64,000 nucleotides of DNA from NCBI RefSeq assembly GCF_964194025.1, contig NC_134480.1, positions 21,142,001 through 21,206,000 of the forward strand, in the 5' to 3' direction. Within the stretch, counting starts at the first letter, position 1, and each line of letters begins with the position of its first letter. Below, one piece after another: positions 1-12,045 of this stretch. Origin of the DNA: Convolutriloba macropyga. Lineage: Eukaryota. Under the pieces are notes generated by a model. It made no database searches. It had not been told where the DNA came from and saw only the letters and a list, made by a program, of their open reading frames with translations. A program made the translations under genes and the position numbers.

Positions 1-350
1 TTTTTGAAGACATCGAAAAAGTGGCTGAACTATCTGGCTGATCACTTTCTCATGATTTGTTGAGAGCTCGGAAATTTTATTGCTTGTAAAATGCTTTTAC
101 ACTTCAATAGTCTGATTGTAAACAAAAAAGCATATCTCATTAAAAAAATTATAACTCTCAAATCCAAACAATGAATAACCCATGAATCCCAACTCTCGGA
201 TATTTTTTGCGTTTGTGCGTTCAACAAACTTGTTTCAACAGCCTTCTATTGGTATTTTACAGATTGCGGAGAAAATATAGCAGAGAAAACAAGACAAAAT
301 TTTAACACACATTCCTGTTATAGAAAAGCGATTATCCCATTAGAAGTTAC

Positions 351-562
351 CTCATGTCGAAGATGTGCTGAGGTTTCCCCCAAAAAACAAAGTAAAGACA
401 AGCGGGAGAATAACAGGTAATGGTAGAAATCATAGAGCTTGCTCCCCCGGTTAAAATATAACTCATGTTTGTATGCCGTAAATAGTAGGCGAGTAAGCTA
501 ATAAATCCGCTTAGAACGTTCTTTTTTATCCCAAAAGTCGCATTCATCCAATTTAAGGCAAG
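351..562 (-). other. Possible exon of a multi-pass membrane protein (transporter-like), family unassigned
   Basis: Open hydrophobic frame (LLAYYLRHTNMSYILTGGASSMISTITCYSPACLYFVFW) ending at a good donor AG|GTAACT at 351/350; candidate acceptors at 497 or 562. Only a loose resemblance to amino-acid transporter TM segments. Confidence 0.3.
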
Positions 563-2602
563 CTTAACAATAAAAGTAATTTTTGTGCATAATTTATTTC
601 CAATACAAGACAATTTAGTCAAAATTTATTTCATCAGAAAGAATTTAGTTGTAAACAACAATGCACCTTTTAATCTAACGAAAAGAGATCTGAGTTCTTA
701 CTTTAAACAATTATTGCAAAAAACATAATAAAAAAAACCCAATAAAGTTGTCGTAATAATACAAAGTTCAGGTATTTCTAGCCAATACGTTATCTTTTTA
801 CAAAGGTGAAATTAATTTTCGTTTTTCTTTGGTTAATGAAATTCCATGTAAAATAGAAAATATCTCAGAATCTCTGATAATTTGTCTCTTTTTAAATTGA
901 TTTTTAATAGCTCAAAACAAAGATAGTTGGAAAGAACTATATATTCCGCTGACACTTTTTCAACCCAGCAAAGTTGATTTAATTCAAAAATAATAATTCA
1001 GAAAAAATCAGACGCTAAAGTATTGACCAGCTCTCTAATCAGAAGGGAGCCCATGTCAAAAGTGTGCCCGACTTCTGCTTAAAACGGTGTAAAAAAGCGG
1101 AGTAATGAGGAGGAGTAGACAGATTTTAGAATATACAACCCACCACATATTCATAGCAAAATGACGTTAGAGTCAGCTAGTATTAAAAGTTTTGACTAGC
1201 TCATAACATAATTTTTTATTTCAATGAAAGAGGGGCCACCCATTCTCTCATAGTACGTGATTTTGAAAAACAAGTGAAAAAACGATAAACAAGAAAAAAA
1301 ACACGACCTAACTGTAATTTATCTATGTAAAACTCGTTGTAAACAACAATTACCTTAAGTCCTAAAAACCCAGCAAACTGCTCTGAAGTTTGATTTTTGA
1401 CAATTTATTTAAAAAAGGACCTGTTCAAAATTAGATCGCTTTTAAAAGCGATGTACAGATGTCTAGGTCCAATGCTTATTTATATTACTTTGATAAGAGC
1501 CGTTTTGTGTTCTAAAATCTAAAACTGTTTTCAATCTGACACTATTTGCCTTTTTTAAGACTAGTAAGCTGAAATCAATAAGAATCAGCACGTTTTAATA
1601 ATTCAGCACGTTCATACTGGTAACTCAACTATATGCTCAGCTAACACTTTTTTACAATCATATATGACTAATTACTATATTTGATGAAGAAAATTATGAA
1701 AAAAAATAAACCCCTTTCAACAAGTTTTCTCCACTCGTTGATGACTTCTCATTCAAATGTTCCTCTATCTTGTCAAAACGCTGATAATATTATTCAACTT
1801 AACACTATGGGTTTTGCTTATGGAAAAATCCCAAAAGTATATAAAACGTTTTACTGCCAAATTTGTTCTGCTTCAATTTGTTGCGACCTCAGGAAACATT
1901 TTGCTTGTATAGCACTTTTTATGCTTTAGATAGTCTGGTTGAAAAATTACAATCCCTGATCATCATAAGTTATAATTCTCAAAACCAAACGTATAAGAAC
2001 TTAAAAGTGAAAAAAAAACTTTTAACTCCCAGATATATTGTGAGTGCTCTCATCCATTTAACTTACTTGTTTCAGGGGTAGCTTGTTTCAATCCATTCAA
2101 CCAACTTTTTTTGCATCAAAAAAATTTTTTTTGTATTTATCATTACCTAAAACTTGTTTGAGATTGATTTGAACTTAGAATACTTTTTTAAATTCCACAT
2201 TGATATCAGGTTATTTTTTGTAGGTTATTTGAAGGTAAATTGAACATTAGGTTTTTGGTTGGGCAGAAAAGTACGCCTGCGTTGCTAGTCATGGATACAC
2301 GATGTCTGAACTCATATTTTAAATTGCTAATGATATGTTCGAAAAAGATTTTTCGAAAAATACAATTTGTGAATTGATTACAATTTTACAAAGTGTTTAA
2401 GTTTTCTGGCTACTGATTTTTTCAATCAAATTGCAAAATTGCTAGCTTCCGTCGTCACTATTTTCTGGTACACTTTTAAAGACACCTATTTTTGATGCAA
2501 ACTCTTGAAGTTGATTTTTGGAGTTTTCCGAACTTAATTTCCGTCTCAAAAACCTATAAATCTCTAATAACCAACGATGAAAAAAGTTTCTTATGGTTGC
2601 AG

Positions 2603-3003
2603 AAGGTTGTGGATGAGGGAGTTGTGACCATCATGTGTTAAGGAACTTCGCAGAGACCCCTTGTTGTTTTTTTTCCAAAATGAAATTTGATATAAATTCG
2701 ATTACTCATCTTGTGTAAGGAAAATTTGCATTATGCTGCTTCTTTTTTAAATTAATTTTTAACCAAAAAAATAACATTTAGTAAGTACAATTAAAACAAT
2801 TTGCCTGGTAAAATAACGTTACGATGTAGTGCATGTTTTTTTTATCCACGTTAGTGATGGCTCCATTTGGTGTCCAGATTTTGTATTGATGTGTACAACA
2901 TGATATAAAAATATCACATATTGTAAATTCAAGAAATATTACATTTTGCAGAACTGCTGAACTTATGCGTACCGTATATCGAAGGCGTACCATGTATCTA
3001 AGG
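2603..3003 (+). pseudogene. Decayed extracellular-domain exons of a Cys-loop ligand-gated ion channel (nAChR-like)
   Basis: In the expected order: KVVDEGVVTIMC* (beta2-like, after ttgcag at 2602); FAW*...GSIWCPDFVL (loop A WxPD motif, 2865-2888); AG-GT-flanked exon 2952-3003 TAELMRTVYRRRTMYLR (pre-M1 RRRT motif). Several in-frame stops; no Cys-loop or loop B exon seen. Confidence 0.6.
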
Positions 3004-3187
3004 GTAGCAGACATGCAATTACTGCAATTACCATATTTGGAAAGTTGTCATAGAAAATTGGAGAACTTTTTTAAAAAATTGCATAACATACAATTACGAA
3101 GCTTTTCAATATTTTAAAAATTCTCCATTCCTATTTTCTATTTTCTCCCTTTTCGGAACAATTTAATCGACGGTTTGCTTTCTCTAG

Positions 3188-3371
3188 CTTCATTGAGTTC
3201 AACTATTACCTGGAGTGTCCTGTTTCAGTTGCTTGACGCTGATAACCTTCGTGATGCCGTGTGAGAGTGAGAAAATGTCGTATGCAATCACTCTCTTCTT
3301 GGCACTCTGTGTCAATCTACTCGCCATCTCATCAATGCTACCACAGACTGGAGAGGAACTGCCTATTATAC
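3188..3371 (+). CDS. nAChR-like subunit, M1-M2 exon (in-frame TGA at 3194-3196)
   Basis: tctctag|...|gttagt boundaries. LH*VQLLPGVSCFSCLTLITFVMPCESEKMSYAITLFLALCVNLLAISSMLPQTGEELPII matches M1, the -1' Glu/0' Lys, M2 2'S/6'T/9'L/13'V and the M2-M3 loop of cation-selective Cys-loop receptors. Confidence 0.85.
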
Positions 3372-3442
3372 GTTAGTATATAGTAACACCAAGTTTGAGA
3401 GGTGCCCACGTGAAAATACATCTCTAGTGATGAGTGAATTTA

Positions 3443-5085
3443 AACTTGCAAGCATCTTGCAAGCTGATTCAAAACTTGCAAGGTTTTGCAAGAATCTTGC
3501 AAGAATTCAATCCAGGCAAAAAATAAATCAGGGTAATAATGTTTAAGAAAACACCTTTGAAGCAAATTATTGTTTTTTACGCAAGTAACCAAAATGAAAT
3601 CAATGGAAAATTTTTTAATCCGGATTCAAAATCTTGCAAGAACCTTGCGAGTTTTGAAATTTCAATTTTTTTGTGTATTGTTGGTAGCTAAAACTAGCTA
3701 AACACAAAATGAATTGTCTTTTATAAAATTGTCTTTTATAATTGTCTTTTATAATTCCGATTTAGCAGAACTAATTTTAACGCCTTTGTCCTAAATACCT
3801 ATCGAATGTGAAATCTTGCAAGAGCATGAATCTTGCAAATTTCTCGCAAGATAAGATTTTGATTTCAAATACACTTTTCCGACAAACAACTGGAAACATC
3901 TCGATTCATCCAAATCCTTCTTTCTAATCTTATTTTTACATAATACAGGACACAAAGGTTTACTTTCAACTTTATTCCTCTTTTTCAAACTAATTGTTTC
4001 TGGCGAAACCAACAGACGGATGCTTTTATTTACTATTGTTAATTCTTAAAAATATCAATCCAAACAAATTACACTCAACTTGCCTTCAAGCTTTCATGTT
4101 ATCTCATGATTGGCAGCAGCAACGTGTGATTCGATGGCTTTGTTAATAGTTTTATTTAGATACAAATCCAAAAAAAATATCTAAAACTGTGCCCAATGTT
4201 AAAGTTTTTTTCGCCTTAGAGCGATATACTTTCTTTCAAAGAGTCTCTAAAATATCAAATGGCTAGGAAAAGAAGGTTTCAACCCATGATTTTCAGGTTG
4301 CGCAGCACTTTTAATGTTAATTTATAAGTCTTCAAACAAATGTATATTATTTATTACCACGTCATGAACGTCTTTTGTTATATATACAAGCACTCTCAGT
4401 TCAAAATAAATGCCGTAAGTCATCACAGACCCCTGTTGAAGTATTTTGCTAAATTGTATAAACATTTATTATATCCAATTGGATCTTATTTTAAACAATA
4501 TGCATATCTATCAGAAAGCCAACTTAGGAAGATATTTCCCTATTGTTGCTTCTATAGCCTCAAATCGCAGCATCAATATTAGGATTGCCCTATTGGGCAA
4601 ACCCGGTTGTCGTTGCTGGCATTCACGATCAATCGTTTTTGTTTAGCTTTTTTTGTACTTGCTTGCTATTCGCGTGCTCTCTTTGCCCTTGCTTGTCTTT
4701 CCTTCGTTCGGTTCTCTTATGTTTTGCGCGAAACCCCCCTCTCTGTGCCCCATTTCTTGTGCATTTAGATGTTCTTTTATACTTTTTTTCTGCAGTGCAT
4801 TAACCTATGCCGCTTTTATGCAAGCCCTTTTGCATATCAGTCTTTGCTTTTGAGGACTTTTGTTTTTTTTATGGCTAAGTCAAGTGCGCTCCTTATCGAG
4901 CTCAGTAATGCAGCGGCTATAGTCTTCAATCAAGCAAAAAAGCTCATTGGAAAGCTAAGACAATTCTACTGTTGAAAAACATTTATTAAGATGAATCAAA
5001 AACTTGAAAAAATCTTGCAAACAACTTGATATACTCGTATACATTCACTTCCAAGACTGCTTTCAAGTTCTTTCCAAGATTTTTT
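3443..5085. mobile_element. Degenerate DNA-transposon/MITE-like relic with clustered CTTGCAAG palindromes (intronic)
   Basis: Many (T)CTTGCAAG palindromes and variants at 3443-3505, 3630-3650, 3812-3852 and 5012-5080; decayed K/E-rich minus-strand coding-like sequence at 4570-4980. Confidence 0.4.
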
Positions 5086-5624
5086 AATTTTCCGATACCT
5101 GAGAACAAACTGATGAGAAATTTTTAAAGTTTTCTGCGGCACCGTATAAGACTTCGTAATTTTTAAAAGGTTCGTCTATGGTGGGGAAAGATCGGGGGGG
5201 TTAACGTCAATTATATAAAACCGCAAATAACTATGGCAAACGATTTTCAGACGCATGCTAACGTTCAACGGGAAATTTCGCGAATATGTAATAGTTGCCT
5301 GACGCAAATTTCTACTCAAATAACTCATCGCTTTCTACACGCACGTCTCCAGTCAGTTTTAGCTGCAATAATTTTCTTATTTGTGAGCGTTTAAATTTGT
5401 TTTCAGAAATTGTGGAATTTTAGGAAATTTGTAAAACCAATTAAATTTTTATTGGAATGCCAATTAGAAAACGGTTGAAAAATAACCATATTAAAAGGAT
5501 CAGAGTGGCAGAATTATTGTTTTTTGAATTTACCTATCAAAACAGCTTTTAAGTACCTCTTAACTGTCCTCGTCTCTTTAGGACTCGGATTTGACGTAAT
5601 TAATGTGTCTAGGAAATAAAATCA

Positions 5625-5894
5625 CGGAAAAAAACCACTTATCTTTCGATAAGAAATAAACCCCCCCCCCGGAAATAAACCCCCATTTTAAATTGAATTT
5701 CGTTCGTGATCATTTGTTCGGTTGTGATAATTTCATATCAAGTGCCACAGGCCACAGCGGCATGGCTACAGTCCGTGAAGCATGGCCAAACGCGCTTAAT
5801 GTGCAGCTCTTTAATAGTAAAGTGGGTTTATTCCGTGGGGGTTCATTTCTTATCTAAAATGAAGTAGGGTTCTCTTCTGTGTGGTTTTTTTCCG
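5625..5894. mobile_element. MITE-like element with imperfect terminal inverted repeats
   Basis: Left end CGGAAAAAAACCAC...GATAAGAAATAAACCCC...CGGAAATAAACCC is the reverse complement of right end GGGTTTATTCCG.GGGGGTTCATTTCTTATC...GTGGTTTTTTTCCG. Confidence 0.65.
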
Positions 5895-6292
5895 CAAACT
5901 TTAATTATAATATGGAGGTAGCAACAAGCTCAATTATTCATTGTGATAATAGTTGCTCAACGGCGGCAAAGATGGAAGCATAAGATCCGATATGAAATCC
6001 GTTTTTCCATATTATAAGATTGCAAAACGTAACACAATAAATAATCAGAGCGGGTTTATTGGCCTCATGAGTGCGCAAATTTGATCACGGTAACGTAAAA
6101 GTATGTGCGATATCATAATTAATTTGGTACCTGTAACTGTGTTTGAATTGACATCTCTTTCTTCATTTACACAAGTTTCTCAATTACTGCTTTTATCCTG
6201 CTTTTAAATTCCTGCATTTGTTCTTCTCTTGTAATTAAATATTTCCTTCGTTCCTGTTCCCCACTGCTTCATTTTGAGTTGTTTGTCGAGCT

Positions 6293-7560
6293 ACCCCGGA
6301 CATTTGAGAATTTTTATCGTGTAAGATCCTACATGTTTCTTACAAAAAAACCTGACAAACACTTATAGTGTTATGCGTCGCCTGACTAAGATTTTGTGAG
6401 ACAATTTATCAGGTCTTGCACGATAATCATTCCTTATCAGGTCTGATCTTATCAGACATGATAAAAACATTTTAAAGTGTGCGAACTGATACTTTGTCTT
6501 ATAAGTCTAATAATCTATTAAGTTTTTGTCATACTCTTTTGTAAGAATATTGTATTATCTTACACTATAAAAACTCTCAGGCCTGATATCAGACCTGATA
6601 AAAAGAATTATCCGACCTGATAAAAAAAATCTTACACAATAAAAGTTCTTTTTTCTCAGTTCTTACAAGATAAAAATTCTGCCAACAATCTTACACGATA
6701 AAAGTTCTGCCTGACAAAAACTTTTTGTGTAGGATCTTATAGGAATCTTATAAGATCTTGTAAGATAAACATTCGGAGGGGCTATGTCTCATTTTTTGAT
6801 AAGATTTTTATCAGATCTTAAACAATAACAAATTTCTAAGTATGAACTGTTCTTCAAGTTGAATGCAATTCAGACCTGCCTTTAAGCAGTAGCCAAAGAG
6901 TACAGCATGCAGTACTTAAGTGGCAGAGCAACAAAGAGAAAATTATCTTATATTGTCTTTTGAGAGTTATAAGGAATTGTGAGAAAGATTATTTGAGTAT
7001 CAGGGGCATTTTCTGAAGCGGTGATTATCAAACTAGGCTCAAAAAATTCAAATAACAAAACTGTATTAGACTGCTGAGTTGAGCCATAGTACCCATTTGA
7101 GACTCAGAGTAAAATTGCGGCCAAAGTAGGCTCAACAAGCATTTTTATGTGTCATATTGTTAGTTGACTGATTTCTTTTTACTTTCATAGGAACTTGACT
7201 ACGTTATACGGCAATATTTAAATCATTGAAACATGTCTCGTCAGATCTTACACCAGAAAAAGTCGGCCCTACATAAACTTTTATCGTGTAATATCTGATA
7301 ACATAATTATCGGAACTTATAAGATAGTAATTCAGCAAACTTTAATTCTCATCTTATAAATTCTGATAAGATAATTATCCGATCTTATAAAATAACAATT
7401 CAGCAAAATTGAATTATTTTTTTATAAATCTGATTATTATCTTATCAGAACTTACACGATTAAAGTTCAAGTAAATAAAATATGTCGTGTAAGATCAGAA
7501 GATCTTACGCCATAAAGATTTTTGATCAGCATCTTATCAGATTTTACACGATAAACCCAA
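6293..7560. repeat. Foldback/MITE-like arrays of CTTACACGATAA/TTATCGTGTAAG and CTGATAA/TTATCAG motifs (clusters 6293-6781 and about 7240-7560)
   Basis: The same 8-12 bp motifs recur many times in both orientations. Confidence 0.6.
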
Positions 7561-7716
7561 ACTAACTTTAGTAACCGGAATGTAATTAAAATAATTCTAT
7601 GAAAAACCAGAAATTATTACACACACTAAAAGAAGATGAGCTTCAGTGCTTCAACCGATTGAAGAGATACCGAAACAGCCTATTTGATTTTTTCTAGTGT
7701 GATTTTGTTGTTTTAG

Positions 7717-7823
7717 AGGGTTTCGTGGTTGCATGGATTCTGATGGCTGCATTTTCTCTCGTGTCAACTATGATTGTACTCCGACTGTATCACACATCTC
7801 CAGATGAAATAATGTCGCCTTGG
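7717..7823 (+). CDS. nAChR-like subunit, M3 exon
   Basis: ttttag|AG...TGG|gttaga; the phase-1 join with the previous exon gives ELPIIQGFVVAWILMAAFSLVSTMIVLRLYHTSPDEIMSPW (M3 plus the post-M3 HxxP...MxPW motif). Confidence 0.85.
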
Positions 7824-8290
7824 GTTAGATACGCACGACTTATATATTATATATTTGTTGGATCTTCAATTCATTTAAAACGGTTGCAGACGTACTAAAC
7901 TCATGCATTTTTTTTAAAAAATGTAAATTAGAGTTAGACCACGAGGTTAAAGTTACATGTTGTAATGTTATAAATAAAAAAATCTTTCCTCTGATTAACT
8001 AAATAATAACTAAGGTTCGGTTTCCCATTTTTGTGAATTATTTGATTACGATTTGTAGAACTGTGCTATCTTGTTCCATTCAACCGAACAAATTCGCAAA
8101 ATAGCCTTCTTCCGAAATCTTATTTATCTTAAGAATTCAATTTTTAAAGCTTTTTGGCACAATTCCAACAATCTAGCAACCTCTTCTTGCAACACTAATG
8201 GTGCGTTGGTGGTGGATGCATACGCCTCTACAGTAAAAAAAATATAGAATAAATAACTATAGAAAATTCAAATAGCAATATTTGACTTAT

Positions 8291-8485
8291 GAAAGATCAT
8301 GTTCAACCGATTAAAAAAGGAGCTCGACCTTAACTTGTCATAATCAAACAGTAGCTGGATCCATGAAAAGGCTTTACCTGGACTTTAGCTAAGTGCCGGA
8401 TCGTATGTCTAAAGCTAGTATTGTACCCCGTTACTAGAATTATAGTCTTTTGATAAGTCGCGTTCTCAACTTGGGGTCTATTGGT
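8291..8485 (+). mobile_element. Short LINE (CR1-like) reverse transcriptase fragment
   Basis: Decayed motifs ERSCST and LYLDFS*VPDRM...LISRVLNLG, compared with RSCxTNL and YLDFSKAFDxV...LLxKL..xG. Confidence 0.45.
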
Positions 8486-9457
8486 ACAGAAAGAAAACCA
8501 CTTCCAAAGAAACTGGCCAAAATTTAAAGGCCAATAAAAATAATTAAGTCATGCAGTCCATTAGGCAAAGTCAGTTTTAGAAATGCATTAAGGTACAGAA
8601 GTTGCAACCGCAATGAAAGAAAGTGGAATAACGACAAAAAAACTGTTGGTAACATCCGTATTCTCTAGTATTTGCATAATAGCAGCTCAAAAAGCTGAAA
8701 AACAAATATAAGACACTCTTCATTGAAAGCCAATGTGTAGTTTTTAAAAATTCATTTTGAATTTTTTTCAGATCATATAAAAAATGCACATGAACAAATT
8801 TTATGAGTGGTACATTCTTTCTAGTGCAATCCAGTTCATTTTTTCTAATTGATTGGTACATTTCATGAAAATTAACAGCAATGACCAGTCAATTTATTTT
8901 AGAAAATGTTGTTTATAATATGCCAGATTATGAAAAAGTTCTATTTTTAATTTTTTTTCTCACAAGTTCCCAAAAAAGAGAGTAATCTTTAAATATTGTT
9001 CCTTCTAAAACTGTTGCCTCCAATTTTCACCATTGTTAAGCTCTTCAACTCACAGTTTTAAACGAAACTCCAAATTGCTGTCTGAAAACATATCTACAAC
9101 TGTTTTTAAGTTTGGAACAATGTGAAGTCCTGCCAAACTAACTCTGAATTCCATTTTCACCATCGGATTTATTAGCAAAGCTTTCAAGTTCGTCATGTGT
9201 CGATCTCCGAGAACGACCAGCTCAATTCATCTTTACTCAAATTTTTCAGAGGCCGCGAACATCTTCTGTCTCGCAATTTTGAATTTCCAAAACATCTGAA
9301 ACAACTTCCTATTTTTTCTTTAGTTATTAGGTTTGTTTTTTTAATCAAAATAGATCACAGAAAACCACTACTTTACGCCAATTTTATTTACATTTCTGCT
9401 TTCTATGGGTCTGTGTAGTCTCCTTAGAAAACGATACTAAGCAAACTATTGGTTTTA

Positions 9458-10010
9458 ATGATAAAAACCAAACCGAATGAGACGGTCGAATGGATATTGA
9501 GATTTTGGATTGTGAGAATAGTCAGAATGCGATTCGAAGGAACCGTATTGTTAGTCGTAAATGTTTTTACATTGTGAAATCTAGTACAGCCTCGCAGGCC
9601 TAATTTGATATTCTGAGCAATCACAGCCTCATCGGCCTAATTTGATATTCTGAGCAATCGCGTAACAAAGGATTATTCTAGTCAGAAACATTCGTTTGTG
9701 TTACAATCCTACAATACGACCAAGGCGAAATGAAGGTATATAGATGAATTTTGTGGATGTAGAATGGTAAAAAGGACGGATGTTTTTGATGAAGGTGGTC
9801 ATCGGATATGAAATACCTGCAGCATTCTATCTCGTTCACGATTACAACGCGGCTCGTTGTAAAACATGCGTCATTGCAGGTCAAACACCAATTTTTCAAC
9901 GATCAGACGCAGCCTTTTCTGTGATAAAATTTCAGGTCAAGGTCAGGGTCCTCGTTCAAAAATATTTGTCAGACAATGAAAAATGGTAGGGGTGTGGTGC
10001 ACTCATAAAC
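9458..10010 (+). mobile_element. Decayed piggyBac-like transposase relic (intronic)
   Basis: MIKTKP...ILRFWIV (cf. YIPxKPxKYGIKFW), QSYNTTKAK*RYIDEFC...VKR (cf. YNxTKGGVDxxDQ) and a trace of a C-terminal Cys-rich region. Confidence 0.4.
9586..9659. repeat. Tandem duplication, 2 x 37 bp
   Basis: ACAGCCTC...GGCCTAATTTGATATTCTGAGCAATC repeated head to tail. Confidence 0.9.
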
Positions 10011-10122
10011 CCACGTACGAGGCAAATAATCCAAAATTCACAAATGATACAAAAAGCTCGGATATTGTCATCATTATTTTTCGTTACCGTTAATTATTTA
10101 GTTTTCCATGATTTGATTTCAG

Positions 10123-10204
10123 ATGCGGAGGTGGGTGAACAACAGAGGAAACGCCAGCAAATCAGAGAAATCTGTGAATAGAGAGCGAGACGTCACAGAC
10201 AAAA
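10123..10204 (+). CDS. nAChR-like subunit, cytoplasmic-loop exon
   Basis: tttcag|ATG...AAAA|gtgaga, 82 nt. Phase 0 start and phase 1 end fit both neighbours exactly; reads MRRWVNNRGNASKSEKSVNRERDVTDK. Confidence 0.7.
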
Positions 10205-10952
10205 GTGAGATATTTTAAGACAGAAGTGATCATTTCCTAGGCGTTTTAAATTTAGATTGCGAAAAACGCACAAATGAATGAGCATAAAGTCACTCTAGTC
10301 AAAATTGTCAAGCAAAAAAATTTGCCTAAAAAGACACACATTCTGAGTAAATGCTTCAAATTTCTTTCGAGAGCAATTAATTATTTGAAATTAATATGTT
10401 TGTCGATCTGTTTTTCCATGAACCTAGTTATGATAATGAAAAGCTTCGGCAGAGAATCAAATACTAATTCGCCTAAAATGACAATAAATTTTATTAAATT
10501 GCCTAAATTGAGAACCAATATATGGTTAAATTTCGACTATAGAGGATCTGTTTATCGGAACATATCCATATATTTAAATGAAAATAAGCGTTATGATGGT
10601 TTCTGCAAGGCTATAATCACTGAATGATTATGCTATAAGCTATGCTATAATTACGCTATAATCTGTCTATATGCTTATTTTTCTTCTCGCAGCCTTCATT
10701 TCCAGTATTACCATATAATGATCATATCTCTTTTTACCCCGATCAGTTAAAAATCTGTATAATTTTTTTTTTACTGAAAACAATCTGACCAGTGTTAAAA
10801 TTATATAATTTATTGAGTTTTTATGAACAGAAAATTTTCCCACCCTTGGAATTAACTGTTCACAGTAAAAAGCATAAAACTAGATTTCTTTCTGTTATGT
10901 TAGAGCTCCGTTTCAGAGTTAATTGAATGTTATCCGCAATTTGCAATTTTAG

Positions 10953-11215
10953 ATGGCACTGCAATTACATTTCCTCAAAATTCCCCCTCAGCAATGGAGA
11001 GTAACGTCGAGTACATTGAAGAACTGGTCAATAAGCAGAACTTCACAGCTGACCCAGCTAGCCGAAATAAAAAGGAAACATCAGACGTGACGAAATACGG
11101 ACGAAATGAATGGGTTCAACTAGCTGATAAAGTTGACAAAGGAATGTCTATAACTTACATTTTTATATATTTTCTGTCTTTGCTCTATCTATTTTTTGTG
11201 TTTAACTTTCAATAA
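10953..11215 (+). CDS. nAChR-like subunit, last exon (MA helix and M4)
   Basis: ttttag acceptor; AMESNVEYIEELVNKQ...NEWVQLADKVDKGMSITYIFIYFLSLLYLFFVFNFQ* matches the MA helix, the EWxxxAxxVD motif and hydrophobic M4. Confidence 0.85.
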
Positions 11216-11944
11216 TAATTATATAGTCCAGATCATAAGAAAAAATTGTTCAAAAAAAAAACTTCATTCTCATATTGCACTTGTTGTTATATTGTTGCGA
11301 AATGTATGCATAAGTGTCTGCTATTTGTTTACTTATTATTCATAAAAGAGAGATAAATTGAAAAATACTAACTTTTGAAATTTAAGTAATACATTTTTGT
11401 ATTCAGTATAACTTTGAAATGTTATCTACTGCAAAGTGAAAGTAAGGTAGCAAGACAGTTTAACGCACCTTTGCACTGTAAAGAAAAGCCACAAAACACG
11501 CATTGTTCTAGTAATTTTGTTCGAAAATATCAGCACTTTTTGCCATCTATGTATTACGATTATAATAGCACACCTCATTACGACGCAGAGGTATACCCCA
11601 AAATTTCCGCCTTATTAAAATTGGCTCGAAAATTAGATACATACAATGAACTAAATTAAAAAACATTCTTTGTATCTTACTTTTCGCAAAAGGGGTTCCG
11701 CCAATTTTGCAAAATAAAAGAACATTTGGAACGAAAAGTAGGTTACATGTTTTGTAGCACGTTTTCGCTCAATTTAGGTATCTATTATTCGCGCGCATTT
11801 TGAGCATGCAATAAGCAATTGAAGCATTCAAAGCTTTATTAAATACATGCATCCACAAAAACTGTTTTTTTTCCGAAAAATCCCTCGCACATCAAAGGCT
11901 TTGTATATCAATGTGGGACTGGCCGATTTAAATAAGTAGGAATG

Positions 11945-12045
11945 AATAGTACTAATAAGTAGTAATAAAGTACTATAAGTAGTAATAAAGTAGTAAAAAA
12001 GTACTACTAGGAGTAATAAGGTAGGCTTAATTAAATAATTAGTAA
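11945..12045. repeat. Low-complexity AGTA/AATA simple repeat
   Basis: Iterated agtactaata/agtagtaata. Confidence 0.7.

Noticed and set aside
3194-3196. TGA as selenocysteine or a variant genetic code
   Set aside because: Upstream exons also carry TAA and TAG stops, no SECIS was recognised, and the ALYREF-like ORF uses TGA as its stop.
4570-4980. Myb/SANT-like accessory ORF of a Harbinger transposon on the minus strand
   Set aside because: Only compositional K/E-rich similarity with stops; not enough to assign.
8059-8232. Open AG-GT-bounded phase 0-0 segment that could be an extra cytoplasmic-loop exon
   Set aside because: No recognisable homology, weak donor (gtaaaa), and the 7823-to-10123 join already gives the expected W-MRRW sequence.
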